Assembly: GCF_000734015.1 (NCBI RefSeq)
Contig: NZ_CP008796.1
Location: forward strand, 270,001 to 302,000
DNA from: Thermodesulfobacterium commune DSM 2178
GTDB taxonomy: Bacteria > Desulfobacterota > Thermodesulfobacteria > Thermodesulfobacteriales > Thermodesulfobacteriaceae
DNA length: 32,000 nucleotides
Direction: 5' to 3'
The position numbers were made by a program, and so were the translations under genes. The stretch's first letter is position 1. Each line of letters opens with the position of its first letter. Shown here one piece after another: positions 22,779 through 31,551 of this stretch. The notes under the pieces are model-generated. The model searched no databases. It had not been told where the DNA came from and saw only the letters and a list, made by a program, of their open reading frames with translations.

Positions 22779-24190
22779 TAGACAAGTTAAAGTTTAAAAA
22801 AGAGGGTTTGTGGTTTGGAGATTTTCTTTTATATCTAAGTCAAGATGAAATGTTAGTATATTTGCCTGTAAAACCTTCAGAACGGGTTCTTCTTAAAGAT
22901 TTTATCAAAAACTGGGAAACAATAAAAGAAGAACTGAAAAAAGCAAACATTTTTGGGGTTTTAGAGGAGCCAGAACTTGTAGACGATAAATTAATAGTAG
23001 CTAAAGGAATACCTCCTACACCACCCATTCCAGAAAAGTTAGAATTTTTAGAAAAGTTTGCTCTTTTATTATCAGATGCTAAGGCTGAAAAACTCGAATT
23101 AGATACTCAGGATCTGAGAGAAGCACCTAAAAGACTTATTTGTGTTGAACCAAACGAAATTATAGCAAAATGGATTCCTCCTATTCCAGGTATACCAGGC
23201 ATGAACGTTTTAGGCGAACCTATACCTTCTCCTGAGGTAAAGGAATCTGCAAAGATTATCTTAGGGGAAAATCTTTTTATCGACGAAGAAGGATGGGTTA
23301 AGGCTAAAACAAGCGGAGTGGTGGGTTTACAGGGTAATAAACTTGAAATTTTGTCAGAGTATACTATCGACGGAGATGTAGATTTTTCTGTAGGTAACAT
23401 AAGGTTTATAGGTAAAAAATTAACTATTAAAGGAGACATAAAGTTTGGATTTAAGGTTAGGGTCAAGGGAGACTTAGAACTTTACGGAGGGACAGAAAAC
23501 AAAGTTTTGATAGAGATAGAAGGGAATTTTCTGTGTGATGGGATCATAAGAGGGGAAGAAACTAAGGTTAAAGTAAAAGGTAGAGCTGAGGTTAGAGGGG
23601 TTGAGCATGCAAGTTTAGAAGTAGAGGGAGATCTTTTGATTAAGAATTATATGATTTTTGGTAAAGCTACGGTGTCAGGAGGGTGTTTAGCTAGCACAGG
23701 TAAAGGTTTAATTTATGGTACAGAAATAAAGTGTGGTGGTAACGTAGAGGTTAAAATTTTAGGCAACGAAACCCAGACTCTTACTAAGGTTTATGCAGGA
23801 TATAAGACAGATTTGATCACTGAGTATTTTAAGGTACTCCAAAAAAGTATTATTTATGAAGAAACCTTAAATAAATTACAAACAGGAATTGAGATGGGGA
23901 AGAAACTTATAAAGGAGGGTAGGGTTACGCCTGAAAAAGAAAAAATAATCGAGAGACTTTTTGAACAGTATGAGCTTTACGACAGAGAATTGAAAAAACT
24001 ATTAGAAAGGTTAAAAGAACTGAAAAAAGATCTTGGTTTATTTAAACAAAAAACCGTAAAAGTTTTAGAAAAGGTCTATCCAGGGGTTATCATTTGTATA
24101 GCTGACCAACAAAAAATCGTCACAGAAGAAATAAAAGGTCCTTTAGTTTTCTTTTATGAAGAAAGTGGTGTCAATTGTAAAAAAATCTAA
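22775..24190 (+). CDS. DUF342 / FapA-like protein, paralogue 2 (471 aa)
   Basis: Collinear with paralogue 1 over the full length. 79 of 96 residues are identical in the core segment GDVDFSVGN...KNY(L/M)IF by manual count. The start overlaps the tilS stop (ATGA). Confidence 0.7.
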   Translation: MIDKLKFKKEGLWFGDFLLYLSQDEMLVYLPVKPSERVLLKDFIKNWETIKEELKKANIFGVLEEPELVDDKLIVAKGIPPTPPIPEKLEFLEKFALLLSDAKAEKLELDTQDLREAPKRLICVEPNEIIAKWIPPIPGIPGMNVLGEPIPSPEVKESAKIILGENLFIDEEGWVKAKTSGVVGLQGNKLEILSEYTIDGDVDFSVGNIRFIGKKLTIKGDIKFGFKVRVKGDLELYGGTENKVLIEIEGNFLCDGIIRGEETKVKVKGRAEVRGVEHASLEVEGDLLIKNYMIFGKATVSGGCLASTGKGLIYGTEIKCGGNVEVKILGNETQTLTKVYAGYKTDLITEYFKVLQKSIIYEETLNKLQTGIEMGKKLIKEGRVTPEKEKIIERLFEQYELYDRELKKLLERLKELKKDLGLFKQKTVKVLEKVYPGVIICIADQQKIVTEEIKGPLVFFYEESGVNCKKI

Positions 24191-24338
24191 AAGATAAAAA
24201 GGTGTTTTAAAAATTTAAGCTTATGTTTTTATCTATAGTTTCAAATAAAAAAGTTGAAAAAATTAAAAAAAATAAAAAAAATTCTTTTTTAAACCGGAAA
24301 AGAAGGCTAAAAGGAAATTTTACTTTTTAAAACGAGGA

Positions 24339-24367
24339 TTGACTTTTATTAAGATGAAGGTATAAAT
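24339..24367 (+). promoter_or_regulatory. Promoter of the dsr operon
   Basis: TTGACT (24339-24344), a 16-nt spacer, then TATAAAT (24361-24367). Phased A-tracts lie upstream at 24247-24281. Confidence 0.6.
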
Positions 24368-24399
24368 TAAGTTTAAAATTCCTTTTAGAGGGCCTTAGA

Positions 24400-24957
24400 T
24401 TGTCTGAAGAACTAACAAGGTTTTTAGAAGATAACCAGGAGAAAATTTTTAAAAAGTGGAAATCTGTTTTTTTAAGCTCTTTAGGAGAAGAGGCCAAGAA
24501 GTTTTTTAGTCGAGAGGTTGATCCTTTTCAAAATCCATTTGGGCATAGGATAGAAGAAACTTTTCAAGGCTTGGTAAGGATTGTGTTGGGTGAGTTCAAA
24601 TGGGAAGAAGCTAATTATTATTTAAAAAGGCTTGTGCAATTACTTGCTGTCCAAGAACAAGTTCCTTCAAAAGCTTTAAATTTATTTATTCAGCTCAAGG
24701 GGATTATAAGAGAAGAAATTGGAGAAGAATTTTTAAAAAGGTTTGGTATAGAAGAATTTTTAAGGTTAGAAGATAAGATAAATGCTCTTCTTATTAAAGG
24801 ATTTGACTATTTTTATGAATATAGAGAAAGGTTAAATCAGATCAGATATGATGAATGGAAAAGGAATCATTTTTTATTGTTAAAGAGGGCAGGGCTAGTT
24901 TACGACCCTATGGAAGGAATGCCTCAAGTTGAGGCAGAAGACAAAATAAACCAATAA
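24400..24957 (+). CDS. Uncharacterised soluble helical protein (185 aa), first gene of the dsrMKJOP operon; possibly RsbRD-N-like (low confidence)
   Basis: TTG start 7 nt after AGAGGG. No TM segment or signal peptide. It ends 15 nt before dsrM. The family assignment is a recollection of how neighbouring genes are annotated in other sulfate reducers, not something the sequence proves. Confidence 0.5.
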   Translation: MSEELTRFLEDNQEKIFKKWKSVFLSSLGEEAKKFFSREVDPFQNPFGHRIEETFQGLVRIVLGEFKWEEANYYLKRLVQLLAVQEQVPSKALNLFIQLKGIIREEIGEEFLKRFGIEEFLRLEDKINALLIKGFDYFYEYRERLNQIRYDEWKRNHFLLLKRAGLVYDPMEGMPQVEAEDKINQ

Positions 24958-24972
24958 GAGAGGGAGAGAGGT

Positions 24973-26028
24973 ATGAACGTAGGCTGGAGTTTTTTGATTT
25001 TTTTAGTCTTGCTTCTTATCCCCTGGGTTGGAGTAGGGGTTTTAGGTTTGCAAGGATTGTTTGTTACAGTAATCCCTTATGTATGTTTTTTGATTTTCAT
25101 CGTAGGACTCGTTTACAGAATATTAAACTGGGCTAAGTCTCCTCAGCCATTTAAAATTCCTACTACTTGTGGTCAACAAAAGAGTTTACCCTGGATAAAG
25201 CATAGCCGCTTAGAATCTCCTTTTAACACCTTTGAGGTAGTTTTAAGAATGGTTTTAGAGGTATTGTTCTTTAGAAGTTTGTTTAGAAATCTTAGGGCTG
25301 ACCTACAGGGAAAAAAGCTTATTTATGGTTCTGCTAAGTGGTTGTGGTTAGGGGCTATTCTTTTCCATTGGTCTTTTTTGATCATTCTTATAAGACATCT
25401 CAGATTGTTTACAAACCCTGTTCCTTCGGTAATTCAATTTTTGGATTATATGGATAGTTTTATTCATAGTTTTGGTGTACCTCCAGTTTATATTACCGAT
25501 ATTTTAATTATCGTAGGTCTTTCCTTTTTGCTTCTTAGAAGATTGGTAGATGCTAAGGTCTCTTATATTTCTCATGGTTCAGATTATTTTCCGTTATTTC
25601 TTATTTTAGGTATAGTAATAACTGGTGTTTTGATGAGGTATAACTTAAAAATTGACGTATATGCTGTCAAACAAATAACCTTAGGGTTAGCTACCTTTAA
25701 GCCAGCTGTTCCTGAGGCAAAAATAGGAACGATATTTTATGTGCATCTTTTCTTGGTGTCAGTTTTAGCTGCGTACTTCCCGTTTAGTAAACTTGTCCAT
25801 ATGATAGGGGTGTTCTTTAGTCCTACGCGTAATATGCCTAATAACAATCGTGCTGAAATGCATGTTAATCCTTGGAACTATCCGGTTAAACATTTAACCT
25901 ATGCAGAATGGCAGGAAAGATTTAGAGAAGTTATGGAAAATGCCGGGATTCCTATAGATGAGGAAGTAGAGAAAGAAGAGCATGAGTGGTATACTATTTA
26001 TGGTCCTAATAAAAATTTAAACCTATAA
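24973..26028 (+). CDS. dsrM: DsrM, NarI-like membrane dihaem cytochrome b subunit
   Basis: Polytopic membrane protein of about 350 aa with conserved His in the TM helices. It sits directly upstream of dsrKJOP. Confidence 0.88.
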   Translation: MNVGWSFLIFLVLLLIPWVGVGVLGLQGLFVTVIPYVCFLIFIVGLVYRILNWAKSPQPFKIPTTCGQQKSLPWIKHSRLESPFNTFEVVLRMVLEVLFFRSLFRNLRADLQGKKLIYGSAKWLWLGAILFHWSFLIILIRHLRLFTNPVPSVIQFLDYMDSFIHSFGVPPVYITDILIIVGLSFLLLRRLVDAKVSYISHGSDYFPLFLILGIVITGVLMRYNLKIDVYAVKQITLGLATFKPAVPEAKIGTIFYVHLFLVSVLAAYFPFSKLVHMIGVFFSPTRNMPNNNRAEMHVNPWNYPVKHLTYAEWQERFREVMENAGIPIDEEVEKEEHEWYTIYGPNKNLNL

Positions 26029-26044
26029 ACTAAAGGAGGTAAGA

Positions 26045-27667
26045 ATGAGTCTTCCCAAGCCTGACGAATTGATATCTGATGTAAAATTGCACAGTACTCC
26101 AGCTAAAGATTGGATGGAAATAAAACCTGAATTGAGGAAGGGTTATTATCTAAGTATTGTAGAGCCTAAATATTTAGAAGAATTAGATCTTAACCACATG
26201 GGGAAATGGCAGCCTTATGATGAGAAATGGCCCTTGCCTGATGGTTGGCAAGAAAAGGTGAAGGAAGAACTTCAAAGAAGGATGAGAATAAATCGTGCTT
26301 TTAAGTTGTTTATGGATATATGTGTGAGATGTGGAGCTTGTGCCGATAAATGTCACTTTTTCCTTGGTACAGGGGATCCTAAGAACATGCCGGTTTTAAG
26401 GGCTGAGTTGGTAAGGTCTGTTATAAAAGGCGAGTTTAGTACTTTTGGCAAGCTATTTGGAAGGTTAGCTGGGGCTAGAAAGTTAGATGAGGATGTAATA
26501 AAAGAGTGGTTTTATTATTTTTATCAGTGTACAGAATGTAGAAGATGTTCGGTTTTCTGCCCTTATGGGATTGATACCGCAGAGATAACCATGATGATGA
26601 GAGAGATTTTGCTTGAGCTTGGAATTGGCACAGACTGGGGAATTAAGCCTGTTCATAACAGTTATTATATAGGTAACCATGTAGGTGTACCTCCTCAATC
26701 TTTTAAAGAAAACTTGGAGTTTTTAGTTTGGGAGTTTGAAGAGATTACAGGAATTAAGATCGATTTAGATAAGTATATAAACAGAAAAGGCGCTGAAATT
26801 ATGTTTGTTCCCCTATCAGGGGACTATTTTGCTGAGCCAGGTATCTATACTATGTTAGGTTATCTTGTTCTTTTCCATTATTTAGACTTAGACGTTACGA
26901 TGAGTCCTTTTGCTACCGAAGGTGGAAACTTCGGCTTTTTCAATTCTTTAGAAATGGCCAAAAGACTTCATTCAAAAATATATGATGAAGCAAAAAGACT
27001 TAAAGTTAAGTGGATAATGGGTGGAGAATGTGGACACATGTGGAGGGTCTGGCATCAATACCATAATACTTTCTTCGGTCCGATCGACTTCTTAGAAGTT
27101 CCTAAATCACCTATTACTGGCACAGTTTTTGAGCATGCTAAATCTAACAAAATCATTCACATAGTTGAGTTTACCGCTGACTTGATTGCTCACGGAAAAT
27201 TAAAGTTAGACCCTTCAAGAAACGATCACTTAGTAGTTACTTTCCACGACTCTTGTAACACTTCAAGAGGAATGGGAATTTTTGAGGAACCTAGATTTAT
27301 TCTGAAACATGTATGTAATAATTTTGTAGAAATGCCAGAAAATACCATCCGTGAAAAGACCTTCTGTTGTGGAAGTGGATCCGGACTTAATGCTGGAGAA
27401 AACATGGAAATCAGGATGAGAGGTGGTTTTCCTAGAGCTAACGCTGTAGAATATGTGCATAAAGAATATGGGGTTAATCATGTCGTTTGTATCTGTGCTA
27501 TAGATAGAGCTGCTTTACCCACCCTTTTCCAGTACTGGGTTCCTGGTGTTGAGGTAGGAGGCCTTCATGAGTTGGTTGCCAATGCTTTAGTGTTTGAAGG
27601 AGAGAGGTCAAGGGATGTAGATTTGAGAAGAAGACCTTTAAAAACTCCTGTAAAAGGTGTAGATTAA
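26045..27667 (+). CDS. dsrK: DsrK, HdrD-like catalytic Fe-S subunit
   Basis: Two ferredoxin-type motifs (CVRCGACADKCH, CTECRRCSVFCP) and CCG-domain cysteines (FHDSCNTSRG ... FCCGSGSG). Confidence 0.9.
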   Translation: MSLPKPDELISDVKLHSTPAKDWMEIKPELRKGYYLSIVEPKYLEELDLNHMGKWQPYDEKWPLPDGWQEKVKEELQRRMRINRAFKLFMDICVRCGACADKCHFFLGTGDPKNMPVLRAELVRSVIKGEFSTFGKLFGRLAGARKLDEDVIKEWFYYFYQCTECRRCSVFCPYGIDTAEITMMMREILLELGIGTDWGIKPVHNSYYIGNHVGVPPQSFKENLEFLVWEFEEITGIKIDLDKYINRKGAEIMFVPLSGDYFAEPGIYTMLGYLVLFHYLDLDVTMSPFATEGGNFGFFNSLEMAKRLHSKIYDEAKRLKVKWIMGGECGHMWRVWHQYHNTFFGPIDFLEVPKSPITGTVFEHAKSNKIIHIVEFTADLIAHGKLKLDPSRNDHLVVTFHDSCNTSRGMGIFEEPRFILKHVCNNFVEMPENTIREKTFCCGSGSGLNAGENMEIRMRGGFPRANAVEYVHKEYGVNHVVCICAIDRAALPTLFQYWVPGVEVGGLHELVANALVFEGERSRDVDLRRRPLKTPVKGVD

Positions 27668-27689
27668 ATCTTCCTAAGGAGGCCATGGT

Positions 27690-28076
27690 ATGTATAATGC
27701 TGGAAAGGTGATAATTTTTATAGTGGTTCTTATCTTATTTTTTACGATACCTATGTGGTTAAATTTGGGAAGGGTAGAGGCTATCCCTCAACCAGAGCTA
27801 CCTAAAGACAAGACTAAATGTATTGAATCTAAGGAATACATGAGAGCCTATCATATGAAACTTTTAGATGATTGGAGGAAACAGGCCATTCGTGAAAATA
27901 AACATGTATACGTGGCTAAGGATGGAGAAAAACATTTTGTTAGTTTACAAAAAACTTGTATGAAATGCCATAATAACAAAGAAAAGTTTTGTGATAGTTG
28001 TCATAATTTTGTAGTAACACACCCAGATTGTTGGAATTGTCACATTGCACCGGAGGTGGCAGAAAAATGGCAATAA
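27690..28076 (+). CDS. dsrJ: DsrJ, periplasmic trihaem cytochrome c
   Basis: N-terminal membrane anchor and three CxxCH motifs (CMKCH, CDSCH, CWNCH). An additional conserved-looking Cys (DKTKCIE) could be the unusual Cys haem ligand known for DsrJ. Confidence 0.9.
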   Translation: MYNAGKVIIFIVVLILFFTIPMWLNLGRVEAIPQPELPKDKTKCIESKEYMRAYHMKLLDDWRKQAIRENKHVYVAKDGEKHFVSLQKTCMKCHNNKEKFCDSCHNFVVTHPDCWNCHIAPEVAEKWQ

Positions 28077-28831
28077 AAAGGAGAGACCTTTTAAAATTAG
28101 GTGGTTTAACTTTAATAGGGACAGCAGCTTCAGCTGCTGTCGGAGGTGTTTATACAAAGCCTCAAGAGGCTTTGAAAGGTAGCAGATGGGCTTTAGCTAT
28201 TGATGTGGTTAAATGTAAGGAAAACCGAGCTACCTGTGGTTTGAAATGTGTAGAGGTATGTCATTCTTTACATAATGTTCCCAGCATCCCTGATAAGAAA
28301 AAAGAAATTAAATGGATTTGGGAAGAGAAGTTTGAACATGCTTTTCCTGAGCATGAAGCTAATTATTATTTAAACGAAAAACTGCACGATACACCTTTCT
28401 TACTTTTATGTAACCATTGTGATAATCCACCATGTGTTAGGGTTTGTCCTACCAAGGCAACTTTTAAGAGAGAAGACGGTATTGTAATGATGGACTATCA
28501 CAGATGTATAGGTTGTCGTTTTTGTATGGCCGCCTGTCCTTATGGAGCAAGGTCGTTTAACTGGATAGACCCAAGACCTTTTATTGCTAAGGTAAATCCT
28601 GAATATCCTAGTCGTATGAAAGGTGTAGTAGAAAAATGTACTCTTTGTTATGAAAGAATAGCTGAAGGTAAAATACCTGCTTGCGTAGAAGCCTGTCCTG
28701 CCAAGGCAATCGTTTTTGGAGACCTTAAAAATCCAAACGATGAGATTAACAAGATATTAAAAGAACGTATAGCTATTAGAAGAAAAGAAGAATTGACCAC
28801 TTATCCTTCGGTTTTTTATTTGATTGGATAG
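28067..28831 (+). CDS. dsrO: DsrO, periplasmic Tat-exported 4Fe-4S ferredoxin-like subunit
   Basis: Preferred start is MAIKRRDLLKLGG (twin-arginine signal), preceded by GGAGGTGG and overlapping dsrJ by 10 nt. Cluster motifs: CNHCDNPPCVRVCP, CIGCRFCMAACP, CTLC...CVEACP. Confidence 0.9.
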   Translation: MAIKRRDLLKLGGLTLIGTAASAAVGGVYTKPQEALKGSRWALAIDVVKCKENRATCGLKCVEVCHSLHNVPSIPDKKKEIKWIWEEKFEHAFPEHEANYYLNEKLHDTPFLLLCNHCDNPPCVRVCPTKATFKREDGIVMMDYHRCIGCRFCMAACPYGARSFNWIDPRPFIAKVNPEYPSRMKGVVEKCTLCYERIAEGKIPACVEACPAKAIVFGDLKNPNDEINKILKERIAIRRKEELTTYPSVFYLIG

Positions 28832-28859
28832 AAAATTTTAAACAAAGAGGGGTAGAAGT

Positions 28860-30050
28860 ATGATAGAAAAGGCATTAACAGGAAGTAAAAAGTATTGGTT
28901 ATGGCTTGCCTTTTTAGGTACTCTTATTTTTATAGGGTTTTTATGTTACTTACTTCAATGGAAGATTGGTTTAGGTATCACTGGTATGAGTAGAGATGTT
29001 TCGTGGGGCTTCTATATTGCCAATTTTACTTTTTTGGTTGGAGTAGCGGCTTCAGCTGTAATGGTAGTTCTTCCCTACTATTGGCATAACTATAAAGATT
29101 TTGGGAAGATTACAGTTTTAGGAGAGTTTTTGGCTATTTCAGCGGTTTTGATGTGTATGCTTTTTATTTTTGTAGACCTTGGTCAACCAAATAGAGTTTT
29201 AAATGTTTTAAGATATCCTACTCCTAACTCGGTATTCTTCTTTGACGCTTGTGTTCTCTCTGGATATCTTCTTTTAAACCTTCTCTGTGGATGGACGGTT
29301 TTGCATGCTGAATATAAAGGAACAAAATATCCTTCCTGGTTAAAGCCTTTTATTTACTTAGCTATTCTTTGGGCTCCAAGTATCCATATCGTAACGGCTT
29401 TTATATACCAGGGTATACCTGGAAGACACTTTTGGTTAACAGCTATCATGGCTCCAAGATTTTTAGCTTCTGCGTTTTCTGCCGGTCCAGCGTTAATTAT
29501 TATCTTAGCTTTGTTGCTAAAAAGAGTTGCTAATTTTGACGCAGGGCAGAAGGCAATACAGACTTTGGCTAAGATAGTAACCTATGCTTTTGTTTTAAAC
29601 TTACTCTTCTTCTTCTTTGAAGTCTTTACAGCTTTTTACAGTGGTATCCAGTCTCATCAAGCTCCTATTAAATACTTATTTGCCGGATTACATGGACATG
29701 CCGAATGGGTACCTTTTATGTGGGCCTCTTATATTCTTGCTTTTATAGCATTAATCCTTTTAGTGATTCCAGCTACAAGAAAGAATGAAACTACATTGGC
29801 TGTTGCTTGTTTAAGTGTGTTTATAGCAGCTTGGATAGACAAAGGTATTGGTCTGATTACCGGAGGATATACTCCTACTCCATTTGAAACCATAACTCCT
29901 TATCGTCCTACATTACCTGAAATAGGTATTGCTATCGGTATTTGGGCCTTAGGGTTTTTTGTTTTAACCATTCTTTATAAAATAGCCTTAGGAGTCAAAG
30001 AATCTAAGGAGTTAAGGGTTAAATATCAGGGGGTATTGATTAAAAAGTAG
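28860..30050 (+). CDS. dsrP: DsrP, NrfD/PsrC-like integral membrane quinone-interacting subunit
   Basis: About 10 TM helices, NrfD-like size, and position after dsrO. Confidence 0.88.
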   Translation: MIEKALTGSKKYWLWLAFLGTLIFIGFLCYLLQWKIGLGITGMSRDVSWGFYIANFTFLVGVAASAVMVVLPYYWHNYKDFGKITVLGEFLAISAVLMCMLFIFVDLGQPNRVLNVLRYPTPNSVFFFDACVLSGYLLLNLLCGWTVLHAEYKGTKYPSWLKPFIYLAILWAPSIHIVTAFIYQGIPGRHFWLTAIMAPRFLASAFSAGPALIIILALLLKRVANFDAGQKAIQTLAKIVTYAFVLNLLFFFFEVFTAFYSGIQSHQAPIKYLFAGLHGHAEWVPFMWASYILAFIALILLVIPATRKNETTLAVACLSVFIAAWIDKGIGLITGGYTPTPFETITPYRPTLPEIGIAIGIWALGFFVLTILYKIALGVKESKELRVKYQGVLIKK

Positions 30051-30074
30051 AAAGGAATGAGATTTAAAATTTAT

Positions 30075-30119
30075 AAAAGGGAAGAAGTTTAGAGTAACTT
30101 CTTCCCTTTTATTTTTTTT
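30075..30119 (+). terminator. Strong rho-independent terminator after dsrP
   Basis: Perfect 15-bp stem AAAAGGGAAGAAGTT (30075-30089) / AACTTCTTCCCTTTT (30096-30110), followed by ATTTTTTTT. Confidence 0.88.
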
Positions 30120-30125
30120 AATCCA

Positions 30126-30134
30126 TGATATATT
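30126..30134 (+). promoter_or_regulatory. Extended -10 element directly upstream of the dsrN ATG
   Basis: TGaTATATT at 30126-30134 (TGn plus a 5/6 -10 match), then 6 nt before the ATG at 30141. There is no Shine-Dalgarno sequence and no good -35 element. Confidence 0.4.
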
Positions 30135-30140
30135 CCCTGT

Positions 30141-31538
30141 ATGAATAAAGAGTTTAACGTTCCCAGGTTTTTAGTTTCTTCTCACAAGGGTGGTTCTGGT
30201 AAAACGTTGTTAACCATTGGTCTCATCTATGTTTTTCGAGATTTAGGATTAAAGGTAGTAGGGTTTAAAAAAGGTCCTGACTACATCGATGCAGGTTGGT
30301 TGTCTAAAGTCTCTGGAGTGGTCTGTAGAAATTTAGACCCTTTTTTATTTGAAGAAGAAGATGTTTTAAAGTCTTTTTATCAGGGAGCTAAACAAAGTGA
30401 CCTTGTGATAATAGAAGGAAATAGGGGACTTTTTGACGGATTAGACGTTTATGGAAGTTATAGTACTGCTAAATTAGCTCAAGTTTTAAAAACTCCTGTA
30501 GTTTTAGTGCTTGATTGTACCAAGGTTACCAGAAGTTTAGCCCCGTTGGTTAAAGGATTTTTAACCTTCGAACAAGGTGTGGAAATCAAGGGGGTTGTCT
30601 TAAACAAGATAGCCAGACCTAGACACGAAGATATCATAAGAAAATCTATAGAGTATTATACAGGAGTAAAAGTTTTAGGAGCTTTACCTAAACTTAAAAA
30701 TTTACCTCCTGAAAGACATTTAGGGTTGATTACCTCTTTTGAATATCAACAGGAACTCTTTTTGAATGAACTTTCTCAAGCGATTAAACAGAATTTTGAT
30801 TTAGAAGGCTTCTTGACCATAGCTAAGGACGTCCCCCCTATTGAGTTCACCTTCTCACCTCAAGAATTACCAGAAAGTGAATTAAACGGGATTAAAATTG
30901 GTGTTTTTTGGGACAAGGCTTTTCAATTTTATTATCCAGAAAATTTAGAGAGTTTTCAAAACCTTGGAGCAGAAATTAAATTGATAAATGCTTTTAAAGA
31001 TAAATCCCTTGAAGATATAGATGGGCTTTATTTAGGAGGTGGATTCCCTGAGGTTCAGGCAGAAGCTCTTTCCGAGAATAAAGACTTGATGAAGGAGGTG
31101 AAAGAGGCAGTTTTAGAAGGGATGCCAGTTTATGCTGAATGTGGTGGTTTGATGTATTTAGGAAAAAAGATAATTTGGAAAAACAGAGAATATCCGATGT
31201 CAGAAGTATTACCGATCACCTTTAAGGTAGAACCTACCCCTCAAGGACATGGTTACGTAATAGCTAAAGTAAAAGAAAAAAATCCTTATTTTGATGTAGG
31301 TCTCTCTATAAAAGGACATGAATTTCATTATTCAAAACCTGTAGATTTTGAACTTAATCAAGATGTTAAGTTCGTCTTTGACTTGGAAAAAGGAGTAGGG
31401 TTTAAAGAAAAAAAAGACGGTATTTTATTTAAAAATTTACTGGCAGCCTATACACATATTCATGTTTTTAGTGTAAAATGTTGGACAGAGAAGTTTTTAA
31501 AGAAAGCCAAAGAGTTTAACCTACAAAAATCATCATAA
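30141..31538 (+). CDS. dsrN: CobB/CbiA-family amidotransferase, DsrN-type (sirohaem a,c-diamide synthase candidate)
   Basis: N-terminal ATPase P-loop (HKGGSGKT) and a C-terminal glutamine amidotransferase domain (YAECGGLMYLG, GHEFHYS). The dsr context supports the call. Confidence 0.8.
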   Translation: MNKEFNVPRFLVSSHKGGSGKTLLTIGLIYVFRDLGLKVVGFKKGPDYIDAGWLSKVSGVVCRNLDPFLFEEEDVLKSFYQGAKQSDLVIIEGNRGLFDGLDVYGSYSTAKLAQVLKTPVVLVLDCTKVTRSLAPLVKGFLTFEQGVEIKGVVLNKIARPRHEDIIRKSIEYYTGVKVLGALPKLKNLPPERHLGLITSFEYQQELFLNELSQAIKQNFDLEGFLTIAKDVPPIEFTFSPQELPESELNGIKIGVFWDKAFQFYYPENLESFQNLGAEIKLINAFKDKSLEDIDGLYLGGGFPEVQAEALSENKDLMKEVKEAVLEGMPVYAECGGLMYLGKKIIWKNREYPMSEVLPITFKVEPTPQGHGYVIAKVKEKNPYFDVGLSIKGHEFHYSKPVDFELNQDVKFVFDLEKGVGFKEKKDGILFKNLLAAYTHIHVFSVKCWTEKFLKKAKEFNLQKSS

Positions 31539-31551
31539 AAGGAGGTGCGAC

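Noticed and set aside
22840-23466. Minus-strand ORFs 22840-23028 and 23107-23466
   Set aside because: They are shadow frames of DUF342 paralogue 2.
19235-24190. Two ~1.4-kb direct repeats flanking two genes, considered as a possible composite transposon or mobile cassette
   Set aside because: The repeats are diverged protein-coding paralogues (DUF342), not IS elements. There is no transposase or integrase, no terminal inverted repeats and no target-site duplication, and the enclosed tilS is a core gene.
24223-24324. 33-aa highly basic small ORF (MFLSIVSNKKVEKIKKNKKNSFLNRKRRLKGNFTF) in the region upstream of the dsr operon
   Set aside because: It has no RBS. Its composition simply reflects translation of the phased A-tracts, and it lies upstream of the predicted promoter.
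28028-28066. Upstream ATG giving a 13-aa longer DsrO
   Set aside because: It lies inside dsrJ with no RBS. The ATG at 28067 follows GGAGGTGG and begins directly with the twin-arginine signal MAIKRRDLLKLGG.
26483-28157. Minus-strand ORFs 26483-26698, 27263-27481, 27498-27686 and 27945-28157
   Set aside because: They are antisense to the motif-complete dsrK, dsrJ and dsrO genes.
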